IMG/VR virus record: IMGVR_UViG_3300045107_000440
Coordinates: 1 to 64,000 of that record
Strand: one strand, 5' to 3'
DNA from: a virus
DNA: 64,000 nucleotides
The notes beneath the pieces were generated by a model. It was not told the DNA's origin and did not search any database. It worked only from the letters and a program-made list of their open reading frames with translations. Below, in pieces: positions 37,513 through 46,688 of the stretch. The position numbers were made by a program, and so were the translations under genes. Position 1 is the first letter of the stretch. Each line of letters starts with the position of its first letter.

Positions 37513-38307
37513 ATGGCAGAAAACCCGAGACCATACGCGAGAATCAACCTTCTTTCCAGGAAGGCCAAAGATCAAAGACAAGCCCAGGCCATGCAGCAGG
37601 CGATCGGTGAGGGCAAGGAATACAAGTTCAAGAAAAAGTCAAATGCCCCGACTACGGTCACGGCCGGAGGTAAAAGTTACACTGCCAGCGGCAGGGGTAC
37701 GGAGGTAGAAAGCGGGACGGTAACCACCACAGAAGCGAAGCCAGCACCCAAGTATAAGATTACGGTAGACAAGCCGGGCACCGGGGGAGAGAAGAAGACT
37801 TTTGTACCTGGTGACATGCAGGGAAACAAAATCAACGACCGTAAGACCACGATGCACATGTCATCGATGATGAAAGAAAATCCGGCTAAGACCCAGAAGA
37901 GAATGGACGAGCAAGAGAGCATGGAAAACAAATCCAAGCTCGGTATCCTTAACGATGAAGACGAAAAGAAAGTAAAAGGCGGCTACACTCCTCCGGCTAA
38001 AACCAGCCATGGAGGCAAAGAATATTATGGACGTGTGAAGACCGAGAAACAGGATCCGGAGAAGAAGGAAGTTGAGATCAGCGGCATCGCACAGACCACT
38101 ACCACTAAGAAACCTTACGTAAAAGTGTCCCCGATGAAATCCAAGGTGGCTGCCCGCAGGGACATCAGTTCAAGCAGGACTCACGTAAAATGGCTGGATA
38201 GCAAAAAGGAAACAAAGAACTTTACGAAGATGGCAAACCAAAGTAAATCTACTTCTCAGTGGTCAGGAGGTGGATACAGGTACAATAAGATTAAGAAGGG
38301 GGTTTAA
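37513..38307 (+). CDS. lysine/threonine-rich basic low-complexity protein
   Basis: ATG 37513 (the track ORF starts at TTG 37504). Divergent from the packaging operon. Confidence 0.55.
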   Translation: MAENPRPYARINLLSRKAKDQRQAQAMQQAIGEGKEYKFKKKSNAPTTVTAGGKSYTASGRGTEVESGTVTTTEAKPAPKYKITVDKPGTGGEKKTFVPGDMQGNKINDRKTTMHMSSMMKENPAKTQKRMDEQESMENKSKLGILNDEDEKKVKGGYTPPAKTSHGGKEYYGRVKTEKQDPEKKEVEISGIAQTTTTKKPYVKVSPMKSKVAARRDISSSRTHVKWLDSKKETKNFTKMANQSKSTSQWSGGGYRYNKIKKGV

Positions 38308-38420
38308 TCCGACTTTAAAATTAATTTATCGTAGTACTTCGCCAGCGTCTCATTATACCTGAATAGGAATAGCAAGATAACGAAAACAGGAATTAGCAAT
38401 ATTTTCAAAATGGTTTTCAT
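38304..38420 (-). CDS. 38-aa membrane peptide (candidate)
   Basis: MKTILKILLIPVFVILLFLF...; its start overlaps the upstream stop (ATGA). Below the ORF-track size cutoff. Confidence 0.3.
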   Translation of the reverse strand: MKTILKILLIPVFVILLFLFRYNETLAKYYDKLILKSD

Positions 38421-38782
38421 CAGGCTTTCAACATTGCATCTAATTTCCTCCTGGCATTTTTCTCATTGATGGCCTGAAAGTACACACAGCCCTTTCGGTA
38501 GTTCACTCGCTTATACACCGTGGCTTCATGTGAAACGTTTTCGTTGAAATACAATTTGTCTTTGTCTCCACGACTTTGGAAGAAATGACCTTTCGAGCTT
38601 TTGTCTATCTGAAGCTGATTTTCTTTGATCTCCGCTTCTTTCAGGATTTTAGTCACGGGGTCAAATTCCCATAGGATCAATCCGGGTTTTGAAACAAGTT
38701 GGCCGATTAAGACAAAATCTTTTCTTTGTTCCTCTACCTCTCGTATTTCGATTGGTGTGGGTTGTTGTTCGAGGTCTTTCAT
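38420..38782 (-). CDS. hypothetical protein
   Basis: Track ORF in a minus-strand operon. Confidence 0.55.
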   Translation of the reverse strand: MKDLEQQPTPIEIREVEEQRKDFVLIGQLVSKPGLILWEFDPVTKILKEAEIKENQLQIDKSSKGHFFQSRGDKDKLYFNENVSHEATVYKRVNYRKGCVYFQAINEKNARRKLDAMLKA

Positions 38783-39259
38783 TTAGTAGTTAATGTTTTC
38801 GTTCCAGCAAATGATTTGGCCGTGAAAATTTTGTTTCGTGAATTTGAACCAATCAAGAAAATCAGATCGATTAAGACCGTCATTTTTTGATACTTCATCA
38901 AGACTCCATCCCTGTGCAGTGAAATCATAGCGGCCATCTAAGAAAATATCCGATCCTTCAATATCAAAATCCCAAGTCTTTTTTACCTGAATGTCAGGGG
39001 CAATGATGATCTGTTTAGATTTGTAAGGCCTCCCAGACCACACGCGAGGACTGAACCAATCACCTGTCTTGAATCGGTGGCCTGCGCGGATAGTGTGATA
39101 TTTTGAATCAAACTGATGAACGTTTTTCATATTGCTACGAACGTCACCATTATTTATCTCATACAATCCTTTCCAAATCTTATCTACAAAATAAGTAGGC
39201 TGCCCTTTCTTCGGATGATAGGAAGGATAGTAGCGGCTGAATGTTAATACTTTGCTCAT
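38783..39259 (-). CDS. hypothetical protein
   Basis: Track ORF; abuts its neighbour. Confidence 0.55.
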   Translation of the reverse strand: MSKVLTFSRYYPSYHPKKGQPTYFVDKIWKGLYEINNGDVRSNMKNVHQFDSKYHTIRAGHRFKTGDWFSPRVWSGRPYKSKQIIIAPDIQVKKTWDFDIEGSDIFLDGRYDFTAQGWSLDEVSKNDGLNRSDFLDWFKFTKQNFHGQIICWNENINY

Positions 39260-39262
39260 AAA

Positions 39263-40081
39263 TTATTTTGAAGTAACGGTTTCAAACGTCAAAATCTGAT
39301 CTTGCCTGAGAACAAAATACTTACCTCCTTCAATCTCCACCATGTTTCGAAGTTTAGGTTTGTACAATACATGATCTCCGGCTTTCATGTATCGTCTATC
39401 GCCTTTTAAAGGGCTTCCGATGTGCGCTACTTTACCTACTCTCTCCTTATGGCCAGGCGCTACTTTAATTTGCAGCCATTCGCTTTTTGGTCTTTCAATG
39501 GGTTCGCCCAAACTGTTTTTGTACGGGTAGTACGTAGGTCTTAGTATCTCATCCCAGCTTTCGAAAATGGGATCAATCAAGACATTTGATCCGATGGGGA
39601 TTATCTTACCTTCCCTCACTGCGCAGATAATCTGATCGTAAGGAACTTTGAAAATCCATTGTTTCGGTGAGCCCTTGCTTTCGGCCACTTTGTTTCCCAT
39701 GCTCATAAGAACCCGCCAGCGGAAGTATATTTTATCCCCCTCTTGAATCTCCTGCGGAATGTCGGACATGAATTTGAATTCAAAATTTCCACCGGTGGAA
39801 TACAGGGAAGTTGAAATCTCTTCATCTTCGTTATTTAAGTCCCTGGAAGCACCATAGACCGGGAAGCCGCTGGAAGCCTGGCTGATAGGGACGTTTGACA
39901 GGTCCACCGGTAATTTAATTACCTTCCCATGGCACTTCAAACGTTTTTCAGGCTGATAGCTGGTGTCTGCTTGAATGGTGAGCCCATTGAGCCCCTGTAC
40001 ACCTGTGTCTTCGTTGAAAATAGATCCTTCGATTAAGACAAGCACTGAGTTGTACCCAGCTTTTTTATAGTTACCAATCAT
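39263..40081 (-). CDS. hypothetical protein with GroES-like C-terminal segment
   Basis: The C-terminus ERVGKVAHIGSPL...KAGDHVLYKPKLRNMVEIEGGKYFVLRQDQIL resembles the GroES/S24 beta-barrel pattern. Low confidence for function. Confidence 0.55.
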   Translation of the reverse strand: MIGNYKKAGYNSVLVLIEGSIFNEDTGVQGLNGLTIQADTSYQPEKRLKCHGKVIKLPVDLSNVPISQASSGFPVYGASRDLNNEDEEISTSLYSTGGNFEFKFMSDIPQEIQEGDKIYFRWRVLMSMGNKVAESKGSPKQWIFKVPYDQIICAVREGKIIPIGSNVLIDPIFESWDEILRPTYYPYKNSLGEPIERPKSEWLQIKVAPGHKERVGKVAHIGSPLKGDRRYMKAGDHVLYKPKLRNMVEIEGGKYFVLRQDQILTFETVTSK

Positions 40082-40169
40082 CTTTCAAGGTATTTGTGAT
40101 ACAAATATTTTCCCAACTGAACAAAGATTAGGAAAACGACTACATGAATTAATAGCATCATTAACATCG

Positions 40170-40361
40170 TTAGTTGTGATTATCTTCCACTGATTCAGGA
40201 TCGTTCTCGTATATATAAATAGAGATGTCCATGAACTGCTGCATGTTCTCAGGGTCAAGGTCGTAGTCCTTCATTACTTTCTTTATGTTCGCCTGGTGGT
40301 TGAACACCCAAAGGGTGAAGAAAGAGGTATCGGAGAGGTTTATGGATTTGAGGTTGCTCAT
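40170..40361 (-). CDS. small acidic hypothetical protein
   Basis: Track ORF. Confidence 0.45.
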   Translation of the reverse strand: MSNLKSINLSDTSFFTLWVFNHQANIKKVMKDYDLDPENMQQFMDISIYIYENDPESVEDNHN

Positions 40362-40543
40362 GGTTTTTCATTTTTACAAGTTGCTTGGAAATACTGAAGT
40401 ATAGTACCCTTCAATATTTTTGCTTTTTCTGGCGCTATTGAGAAAGCCCATGAAAGCAACTTCTCAGCGATGTAAAGTCTTAATTCTTCCCAAACTTCTT
40501 TCATTTCAAATGGTGGTTTTAATGTGGGAGTTGGTGCGCCCAA
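40358..40543 (-). CDS. small hypothetical protein
   Basis: Track ORF; an alternative start is possible at 40504. Confidence 0.4.
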   Translation of the reverse strand: MGAPTPTLKPPFEMKEVWEELRLYIAEKLLSWAFSIAPEKAKILKGTILQYFQATCKNEKP

Positions 40544-40637
40544 ATTTCCCCACTCAAGGCTCCTGCAAGTGTTAGTGTGCTGGCAAGAAATAAAACAATA
40601 AGCCCTACAAATTTTGCAAGTGCAATAAAAAATGTTT

Positions 40638-40931
40638 TCATAAATCGTGATTTATAAGTTCAACTACTTCTTTCTCTATCTCCTCGCAAATCATTTCTCC
40701 AAAGCTGGTGTCTATCGGGCGGAATCGCTCTTCATCAAATGCAATTCGTACTCCATTAATTGGATTGACATATTCGAATTCACGTAGGTAAATGAATTTT
40801 TGGCCCGTCACATACTCGTGAGGATCGACACCATCGAAATGATAAATCTCTCCTAAAACTGGAAGCGGGTTACCACTTGCCAGTAATTCAGGGCTCCAAA
40901 CATCAGGGCCGATGAAAACAAGTTTATCCAT
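40638..40931 (-). CDS. hypothetical protein
   Basis: Track ORF. Confidence 0.5.
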   Translation of the reverse strand: MDKLVFIGPDVWSPELLASGNPLPVLGEIYHFDGVDPHEYVTGQKFIYLREFEYVNPINGVRIAFDEERFRPIDTSFGEMICEEIEKEVVELINHDL

Positions 40932-41121
40932 TTTTTACCTTTATCTTTTCCTCTAAAATTTGCGCACTCGCCCCTTCCTGCCCGAGGATTTTAACCCCGT
41001 TTTCCCATGCGATTTTTACTTGGATGCCTAAGAAGCTATTTTCTTTTCCTACGGTCTTTAGATAAAGAAAAAGAGGCTTCGCAGGCGTCAAGTAAATCTT
41101 GGATGGCTTGGGTTTGGTCAT
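40924..41121 (-). CDS. small hypothetical protein
   Basis: Track ORF. Confidence 0.45.
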   Translation of the reverse strand: MTKPKPSKIYLTPAKPLFLYLKTVGKENSFLGIQVKIAWENGVKILGQEGASAQILEEKIKVKNG

Positions 41122-41507
41122 TCATAGAAAAACCCGGTTTGTTCCAGCTTATAAAAATTCTCGTACTCTGTTTCGGTGCTTACTTTTGTGTAATCGTAGT
41201 TTGAGGGAAAAATATTTCCTGCTTCCGTGAGCTTCCAGCGATGGAATTCCAGATCGAAACAAAGCCAGCTAAAAACATACTTCCTTAAATACTTTCGTGG
41301 TACTTGAATGCTTTTAAAATCAATGCTGGTAGGTGATTGCATTACCTTTCGAATGGTAATATGATTGCCTGACATTCCCGTATATTCTCTACGAAGAGAA
41401 AAAAGAATCACCCAGAAAAAAGGCGTTATTGTCAATCGCGTTGTGTTTCCGATCTTGCTTAGTAAAATCGTTAACGATAATTTTTCTAATTCCATAATTT
41501 TTTTCAA
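41118..41507 (-). CDS. hypothetical protein
   Basis: Track ORF. Confidence 0.5.
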   Translation of the reverse strand: MKKIMELEKLSLTILLSKIGNTTRLTITPFFWVILFSLRREYTGMSGNHITIRKVMQSPTSIDFKSIQVPRKYLRKYVFSWLCFDLEFHRWKLTEAGNIFPSNYDYTKVSTETEYENFYKLEQTGFFYE

Positions 41508-41761
41508 ATCCCCGCGAAGCGGGAGAAGGTTAGATTAAAACAAAAATTAACACCAGATCAATAACCGCAATAACATAGCCTAGCTGCGCTTCACGGTTGG
41601 TAAGTTTTTCGATGACTGTTTTCATGTGGTTTAAGTGATTAGAATTTTGTGACTTATTTTTTTAAAGGGAGCGGGCCAACTAGGTCAACCCGACTCCCTT
41701 ACAGGTTTAAACAGTCACGGAAAAACCTAAGCCCATAATTTCTTTGACTGTTTAAGGAATT

Positions 41762-42115
41762 TTAAATTTGTATAAACTCTTGATTTTCGTTTTTGTCTTG
41801 GAGAATTAAGACAACGCGATCATCTTCTGAAATTGCCGCATGATCATAGTGATAGCCTGGAAATTCAGGCGCATTCAAATGAACATTACAATCCATACTT
41901 TGCATAGCGTATGAACTCGATGAAGTGTAAGGAAGGCCAATAACACTTTCAATACCTCTAAAAGCTGAAGGCATCAAAACTTTTTCGTTTCTGTGGTTTA
42001 TTAAAACCTTGCCTTTGAAATATTTTGTTATGGCTTTTTGTGCTTTGGTGAAATCTTCGCGATTCCATTCTTTTTTGAAATTTTTCATTTTTGTGACTGT
42101 TTTAAATGATGACAC
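41762..42115 (-). CDS. hypothetical protein
   Basis: Track ORF; first gene of the minus operon at a divergent region. Confidence 0.5.
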   Translation of the reverse strand: MSSFKTVTKMKNFKKEWNREDFTKAQKAITKYFKGKVLINHRNEKVLMPSAFRGIESVIGLPYTSSSSYAMQSMDCNVHLNAPEFPGYHYDHAAISEDDRVVLILQDKNENQEFIQI

Positions 42116-42290
42116 TAAGGTAAAATGATTTTACTATTCAAGCCAAATAATTTGACTAAAAAATGTAAAAAATGTTGAATTTGGAATGAATCTAAATAGA
42201 AAACCGGATAAATGTAAAAAAATGTTTGAAAAGTGTTGCGTAAATCAAACGAGGCTATTATATTTGAATCATAATTCAAACACAAAACGC

Positions 42291-42599
42291 ATGAAAACAA
42301 TTAAGCACGCCAAAGAACTTGAAGAAGCATTAAATGAACTTCAGGGCCAAGTAGTTGATTCTATCAAATCGTTTTTCAGACACTCTAAGTCTGGGGATTT
42401 CATGTTTAATGAGTCCTTCGCCTCGAATGAGGCTGAGAATGTGGAAATCGAAGGAATATCAATTAATGAAGACCAGATTTATCTTTTCGGAACGGATCAA
42501 TTTGGAGTAGATAAAACGACTCCCATTGAAGAATGCTCGATTGAGAATTTGTTAGGTGCCTTATCGGCACTGGAACGCAAAGCATATAACGAAGGATAA
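42291..42599 (+). CDS. hypothetical protein
   Basis: ATG 42291 (MKTIKHAKELEEAL...) within track ORF 42186..42599. Confidence 0.5.
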   Translation: MKTIKHAKELEEALNELQGQVVDSIKSFFRHSKSGDFMFNESFASNEAENVEIEGISINEDQIYLFGTDQFGVDKTTPIEECSIENLLGALSALERKAYNEG

Positions 42600-42602
42600 G
42601 CC

Positions 42603-42830
42603 ATGAGAAAGCCCATCAAGTATTACCAGATCATGACCCCCGCCACCAACGGCATCTTACGCCCTTTCGAAGTAAACCAATTCGGAGAAGTTGATTCGTT
42701 CTTTGAAAGCGAAGGCCAGGCGGAGCAGTTCATAGCCGATCACTTCTTAGACGCCCAGCAAGAGGACGGAGAGAAAAAGGAGCTGGTGCTAATCATTTTA
42801 CCGGTGTTTATCTGTCAATTCAAAAAGTAA
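42603..42830 (+). CDS. hypothetical protein
   Basis: Track ORF. Confidence 0.5.
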   Translation: MRKPIKYYQIMTPATNGILRPFEVNQFGEVDSFFESEGQAEQFIADHFLDAQQEDGEKKELVLIILPVFICQFKK

Positions 42831-42835
42831 AAGCC

Positions 42836-43075
42836 ATGGAAATAAAAGACGTGTATTTAGACAACCCAAAAACAAAAGCCTTTTACGATGGGCTTTTAGA
42901 ACACATGCGTAAGCAATACAAGGATGTGGTTTTAATAGATGAAGCTCACATAAACGACCGAAACAAAGTATTTTCGGCACAATGGCGCGACAGTGAAGGA
43001 GTAATAAATTTTTGCGGTGGATATGTGCCAGAATGCGTAAAAATTGTTCGCTTCAATGAGAAAAAGGTTAACTGA
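42836..43075 (+). CDS. hypothetical protein
   Basis: Track ORF. Confidence 0.5.
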   Translation: MEIKDVYLDNPKTKAFYDGLLEHMRKQYKDVVLIDEAHINDRNKVFSAQWRDSEGVINFCGGYVPECVKIVRFNEKKVN

Positions 43076-43081
43076 CGAGCC

Positions 43082-43210
43082 ATGAAAAAAAAGAAATCCA
43101 ACCGGGGCGGCCCCAGGGAAGGCGCGGGCCGCCCACCTGGCGAGAAAACCAAGGTAATGCGAATACCTGTTTCAAAGGTGGACGAGGTTAAAAAACTGAT
43201 AGGAAAGTAA
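43082..43210 (+). CDS. 42-aa basic peptide (GGPREGAGRPPG motif)
   Basis: MKKKKSNRGGPREGAGRPPGEKTKVMRIPVSKVDEVKKLIGK, followed by a terminator. Below the ORF-track cutoff. Confidence 0.35.
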   Translation: MKKKKSNRGGPREGAGRPPGEKTKVMRIPVSKVDEVKKLIGK

Positions 43211-43240
43211 CCGCTTCGCGAGGGGCCGAACCAAAAACCA

Positions 43241-43267
43241 AAAGGGCTCTAACAAAGCCCTTTTTTT
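43241..43267. terminator. bidirectional terminator
   Basis: Stem aaagggct/agcccttt, with T-runs on both strands, between convergent genes. Confidence 0.6.
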
Positions 43268-43270
43268 ATT

Positions 43271-44173
43271 TCACATCTCCCCCAAACTATCGTCAAAAAA
43301 GTCCTGCCTTTTGAACTTCCCCTTCTGCTGGTCTTTGATCGCCTGCAGCTCCTCCTTAGTTTCCTGGTCTTTCTTCTCCTTTCTGGCTACCCAGGCATCT
43401 ATCCTCGGTCGGTCGATGCGTTCGAACTCTGTCTTTGTCGTCTTTGAAGGCCACCAATTGGTCTCTTGCTGATATTCGAAGTGCGGCCAGGGCAAAACAC
43501 CGTCTTTAACCATCTGTTTTACCTCTTCTGTCCAGTATCTCGGGTGGATCTTATGATAAAAAACCTCGATTATCTTCTTATTTTTCTCCCAGGAGATAGG
43601 TTGTAATCCCCGCTCAACCTGTGTTAAAGAACACTCAGACCATTCCAGCCGCGCAGCGGCAGTCCGAACACTCCACCCACAGTCCAGCCGGCAGGCCTTC
43701 ACTAATCCCCCATCAAACAACAACGTAACAGGCCCCAGAAACTTGAAATTCTCCATACTCTCCAACAACGTAAGCCCAACAGTCAAAAAAAACGGTGTCA
43801 CCCTTGCTTTCCTATGCTGATGAGCGGTCGTCCCCGGAGGGGCGGGAACACGTTTGCTATTATCTACCTCACAAAACCAATTCTCTCTTATCAATTTGTC
43901 CCAATAAGGCATTATCCTTCGCCCCCAATCTCCCCAACCTAAACTATAACTCAAATCCTGTGGCGTAAAATATCCCTTACTCTGCTCAATTCCCCATAAT
44001 TCTAGCAAAATATAAAACTTCCTCTTACGAAGCGTGGGAAATCGCTTCTTACTCTTTCTAATCACATAATCCAATTGAAAAAACCGCCAGGATATGCCGC
44101 TTAATACACTCATACCCTTATCGGCATCGATGAAAAAAGGGTTTTTTAGTGGAATTTGAGGGTTTTGCTTCAA
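43271..44173 (-). CDS. DNA-binding regulator candidate (central HTH)
   Basis: LVKACRLDCGWSVRTAAARLEWSECSLTQVERG looks like an XRE-type HTH. The gene lies next to an 800-nt non-coding region. Confidence 0.5.
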   Translation of the reverse strand: MKQNPQIPLKNPFFIDADKGMSVLSGISWRFFQLDYVIRKSKKRFPTLRKRKFYILLELWGIEQSKGYFTPQDLSYSLGWGDWGRRIMPYWDKLIRENWFCEVDNSKRVPAPPGTTAHQHRKARVTPFFLTVGLTLLESMENFKFLGPVTLLFDGGLVKACRLDCGWSVRTAAARLEWSECSLTQVERGLQPISWEKNKKIIEVFYHKIHPRYWTEEVKQMVKDGVLPWPHFEYQQETNWWPSKTTKTEFERIDRPRIDAWVARKEKKDQETKEELQAIKDQQKGKFKRQDFFDDSLGEM

Positions 44174-44283
44174 GTTTGAAACCGTTTATAAACGTTTACA
44201 CACGGATAATTTTTAGATTCAGAATATTTGGTCAATCACTTCAAACGCAGAATAATCTACTTTTCGAAAAGTATTTAACATAA

Positions 44284-44505
44284 TTAAAAATTATACAACC
44301 TCAACACAGGTAAAACTTTTATTCTGTTTGAATTTCGCATGTTTGCCCATGTTTTGATAACACATACAGCGTTGAAGATCAAACCAAATATTCTTCTAAA
44401 CCTCATTTCCAGCCTGATTTTCACCATCTGCCAAATCTTATTTCGAAACCTGAACTTATAAACAAAAGGTTTTGACCGGCTGAAAAGAAGATTGTTTGGT
44501 TTCAC
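44284..44505 (-). CDS. basic 73-aa ORF (doubtful)
   Basis: GTG start and R/K/F-rich. It may be non-coding sequence downstream of the minus-strand TACATTTG box at 44671-44678. Confidence 0.25.
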   Translation of the reverse strand: MKPNNLLFSRSKPFVYKFRFRNKIWQMVKIRLEMRFRRIFGLIFNAVCVIKTWANMRNSNRIKVLPVLRLYNF

Positions 44506-44572
44506 TGGCTGAAATCTCTGGTTGACAAAATTAGTCGAAAAACATGTGAAATTGCAAGCCAGGGGGGTTTTT

Positions 44573-44606
44573 GAAATCGATTTTCCTGCCAGCGGGCGAC
44601 CCCGGG
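44573..44606 (+). repeat. 33-nt repeat, copy 2 (non-coding region)
   Basis: gaaatcgattttcctgccagcgggcgaccccggg: 30 identical nt, then one extra c, then ggg. Confidence 0.9.
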
Positions 44607-44670
44607 TATTTATACAGATACCCCACCTTCACGTTTCCCTCCAAATTTCCATCATTTAAGCTTATTCATT

Positions 44671-44678
44671 CAAATGTA
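44671..44678 (-). promoter_or_regulatory. -7 box TACATTTG (minus strand)
   Basis: Lies in the 800-nt non-coding region. Transcription from it would run through repeat copy 2 (44573-44606). Confidence 0.4.
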
Positions 44679-44986
44679 AAAAACAGGCTATAGTTTGAAT
44701 TTACGCTGATTTAATGGCATTCAGCTTTCTGTAGAGGTGATTTCAATAAACGACCTCATTTTAAGCCATTACACGAGAGATTAATTCAGGTGTGCCAGAG
44801 GCAGGTAAAGTTCTGGGCGCTGAATGGCCGTCAAATGGCCGCATTACCAGGGGTGTTTTAAGGCCATACCAATCAACGATGGATGTTTCACGTGAAAAAC
44901 TTTTACATTTTTATGTGGAATAATTTGACATAAAAGGACAAATGTTGTACCTATGCCCCAGTAAAATACAATTCAGTTAGCCTTTT

Positions 44987-45202
44987 ATGAGTAAAAACGT
45001 GATTTTCTGGTACGGGAAGAACATTTTTCCAGGCGGACAAGAGGAGGTGATGATGAAGACCATGAAAGGGCTGGCCGATGAGTTGGGTGTGCCTTACAGT
45101 ACGGCCAAGAGTAAGAAGCCAGAAGTGGGTGAGAGGGTTATCTGGAGGAGCGAGATGGGGATTTTTGAAGTTTGGACCAAGGAGGTAAAGAATTTCAGAT
45201 GA
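44987..45202 (+). CDS. small HTH-like protein (excisionase/regulator candidate)
   Basis: MKGLADELGVPYSTAKSK resembles a short HTH. Confidence 0.45.
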   Translation: MSKNVIFWYGKNIFPGGQEEVMMKTMKGLADELGVPYSTAKSKKPEVGERVIWRSEMGIFEVWTKEVKNFR

Positions 45203-45354
45203 TCTACGTGAACAAAATAATCAATTCCGATGTGCTGGGCGAGAAGGGGATCTCGACGGATACGAAACCTTATAGATGATATTCGATCAATGATCGAAGT
45301 GGAGAAAGTAGAGTGGGGCTGTAAGGGTTTTTTGGGGTTTAAAAAATAAAGCAA

Positions 45355-45543
45355 ATGACAAAACTCAAAGGCACGATAAAGGTCAACAACCTTACCAAGG
45401 AATCCAATGCCTCAAGAGACAGAGATTACGCCTTTGTCTTCAGCGAAGACATTCAAGATTGGATGACCTCTCCCAACAGGAGGCAGAATGATAAGAGGCA
45501 TAAGAAGTCGGAGAGGATTAGGAGATTGAAACAATCCGATTAA
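45355..45543 (+). CDS. small basic hypothetical protein
   Basis: Track ORF. Confidence 0.45.
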   Translation: MTKLKGTIKVNNLTKESNASRDRDYAFVFSEDIQDWMTSPNRRQNDKRHKKSERIRRLKQSD

Positions 45544-45635
45544 ATAAACAAGTAAAAACATTTGACTTTTGAACCGCAGGTGCTACATTTGATTTCTATT
45601 TTTAACCACAACAATTTAACCAAAATTATCAGGCC

Positions 45636-45854
45636 ATGACCCAAGAAGAAATTGACAAAATTCAAAGAGACAATAAACAGGATTCGGACATCCTGGAATT
45701 GTTTGACCGCGTGAAGAAGCTGGAAAGCAACGTATTTGCTACAAAAGACGAGTTTGTAAATGTAGCAAAAGACCCAGCGCCTCCAACGGAGCAAGGCAAT
45801 ACTGATCAAGGTGATCATGGTTCTTCAACAGAAGGTGAATCAAGTGCTCAGTAA
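45636..45854 (+). CDS. small acidic hypothetical protein
   Basis: Track ORF. Confidence 0.45.
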   Translation: MTQEEIDKIQRDNKQDSDILELFDRVKKLESNVFATKDEFVNVAKDPAPPTEQGNTDQGDHGSSTEGESSAQ

Positions 45855-45878
45855 CTTGATTGGTAAGTAAAAAGAATT

Positions 45879-45886
45879 TACATTTG
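45879..45886 (+). promoter_or_regulatory. -7 box TACATTTG
   Basis: Lies 3 nt upstream of ATG 45890. Confidence 0.45.
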
Positions 45887-45889
45887 ACT

Positions 45890-46249
45890 ATGAAACGTTT
45901 CATCCTCTTGTCGATCTTAGCTCTCACAGTGGGAGTAATCGGCACCGCGGCTGCAATGCCAGCGGATCATGATGGGTTGAAGTACGAAGTTTCATTCACT
46001 ATCCCGTCCGCGGAGTTTTCCGCCTCTGACGTGGTGATCACCCCCAGCTATGAATTTGTAGTTCCTTTACAGGATACCAAATTCGTGGGAGAAGCAGAAG
46101 GTTACGAGGTTACCAAACTTCGGCCGCCTGCGGAGATCACAAAAGACTTTAATAGTGAAATTTTAACTTCGAATTACTTTGATCCGCCCGGCCAATCAAA
46201 AACCGGTAATCACCTTTTGCCCGACATCAGGCGATTGAGTTGTAATTAA
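45890..46249 (+). CDS. secreted hypothetical protein
   Basis: ATG 45890 (MKRFILLSILALTVGVIGTAAA...). TACATTTG box at 45879-45886 and a terminator at 46274-46307. Confidence 0.55.
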   Translation: MKRFILLSILALTVGVIGTAAAMPADHDGLKYEVSFTIPSAEFSASDVVITPSYEFVVPLQDTKFVGEAEGYEVTKLRPPAEITKDFNSEILTSNYFDPPGQSKTGNHLLPDIRRLSCN

Positions 46250-46273
46250 CAGAAGACTTTAAGGTGATTTAAG

Positions 46274-46307
46274 AAGCCTCGGTAATTTTACTGAGGCTTT
46301 TTGTTTT
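46274..46307 (+). terminator. rho-independent terminator
   Basis: Stem aagcctc/gaggctt plus a T-run, after gene 45890..46249. Confidence 0.6.
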
Positions 46308-46323
46308 TCATTGTAAAATAATA

Positions 46324-46335
46324 TTACTTTGCATC
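46324..46335 (+). promoter_or_regulatory. conserved motif TTACTTTGCATC ahead of leader L1 (-7-box-like)
   Basis: The motif recurs at 46771-46784 and 47418-47429, each time ending at the leader ATG. Confidence 0.45.
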
Positions 46336-46395
46336 ATGAAATCATTCAAACATCAGCGACCCTTCCAACAATCACTTCGTGATACGGGAGAATAG
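46336..46395 (+). CDS. leader mini-ORF L1 (19 aa, MKSFKHQRPFQQSLRDTGE)
   Basis: ATG lies 5 nt after the TTACTTTGCATC motif. Codons 6-9 are cat cag cga ccc (His-Gln-Arg-Pro). The ORF is followed by a terminator and then tRNA Pro, Gln, His, Arg. Confidence 0.55.
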   Translation: MKSFKHQRPFQQSLRDTGE

Positions 46396-46422
46396 CGTCT
46401 GAATTTTTTCAAAGAAATTGAA

Positions 46423-46456
46423 GCCTTCCGTAAACTCGGAGGGCTTTTTTATTTTT
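46423..46456 (+). terminator. terminator/attenuator hairpin of unit 1
   Basis: gccttccg (46423-30) pairs with cggagggc (46437-44), followed by T6AT5. tRNA-Pro starts at 46457. Confidence 0.6.
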
Positions 46457-46531
46457 CGGGCATTGGAGGAGTCCGCAGTCCTCGCTTCACTTGGAATGAA
46501 GAGATCGTTGGTTGAAATCCAGCATGCCCGA
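46457..46531 (+). tRNA. tRNA-Pro (anticodon TGG)
   Basis: Hand fold: acceptor cgggcat/atgcccg, anticodon arm cttca-cttggaa-tgaag, T arm gttgg-ttgaaat-ccagc. Confidence 0.8.
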
Positions 46532-46532
46532 C

Positions 46533-46603
46533 TGCCGTATCGTATAAAGGTAGTACACGAGACTTTGATTCTCGGAGTGGAGGTTCGATACCTTCTACGG
46601 TAA
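46533..46603 (+). tRNA. tRNA-Gln (anticodon TTG)
   Basis: Acceptor tgccgta/tacggta (U1-A72), anticodon arm cgaga-ctttgat-tctcg, T loop ttcgata. Confidence 0.8.
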
Positions 46604-46610
46604 CTTATAT

Positions 46611-46683
46611 GGTGATTTTCGACTAATGGCTAAGTCGCCTCTCTGTGAAAGAGGAAAAGAGAGATCGAAACTCTCACTTCACC
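46611..46683 (+). tRNA. tRNA-His (anticodon GTG)
   Basis: Anticodon arm cctct-ctgtgaa-agagg. An encoded G-1 is opposite C73. Two mismatches in the acceptor stem. Confidence 0.7.
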
Positions 46684-46688
46684 CAAAT

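Noticed and set aside
41666-41700. Long hairpin aagggagcggg...cccgactccctt between two minus-strand genes, considered as a terminator.
   Set aside because: No T-run follows it on either strand in the correct orientation. It may be a processing or stability element, but nothing further could be supported.
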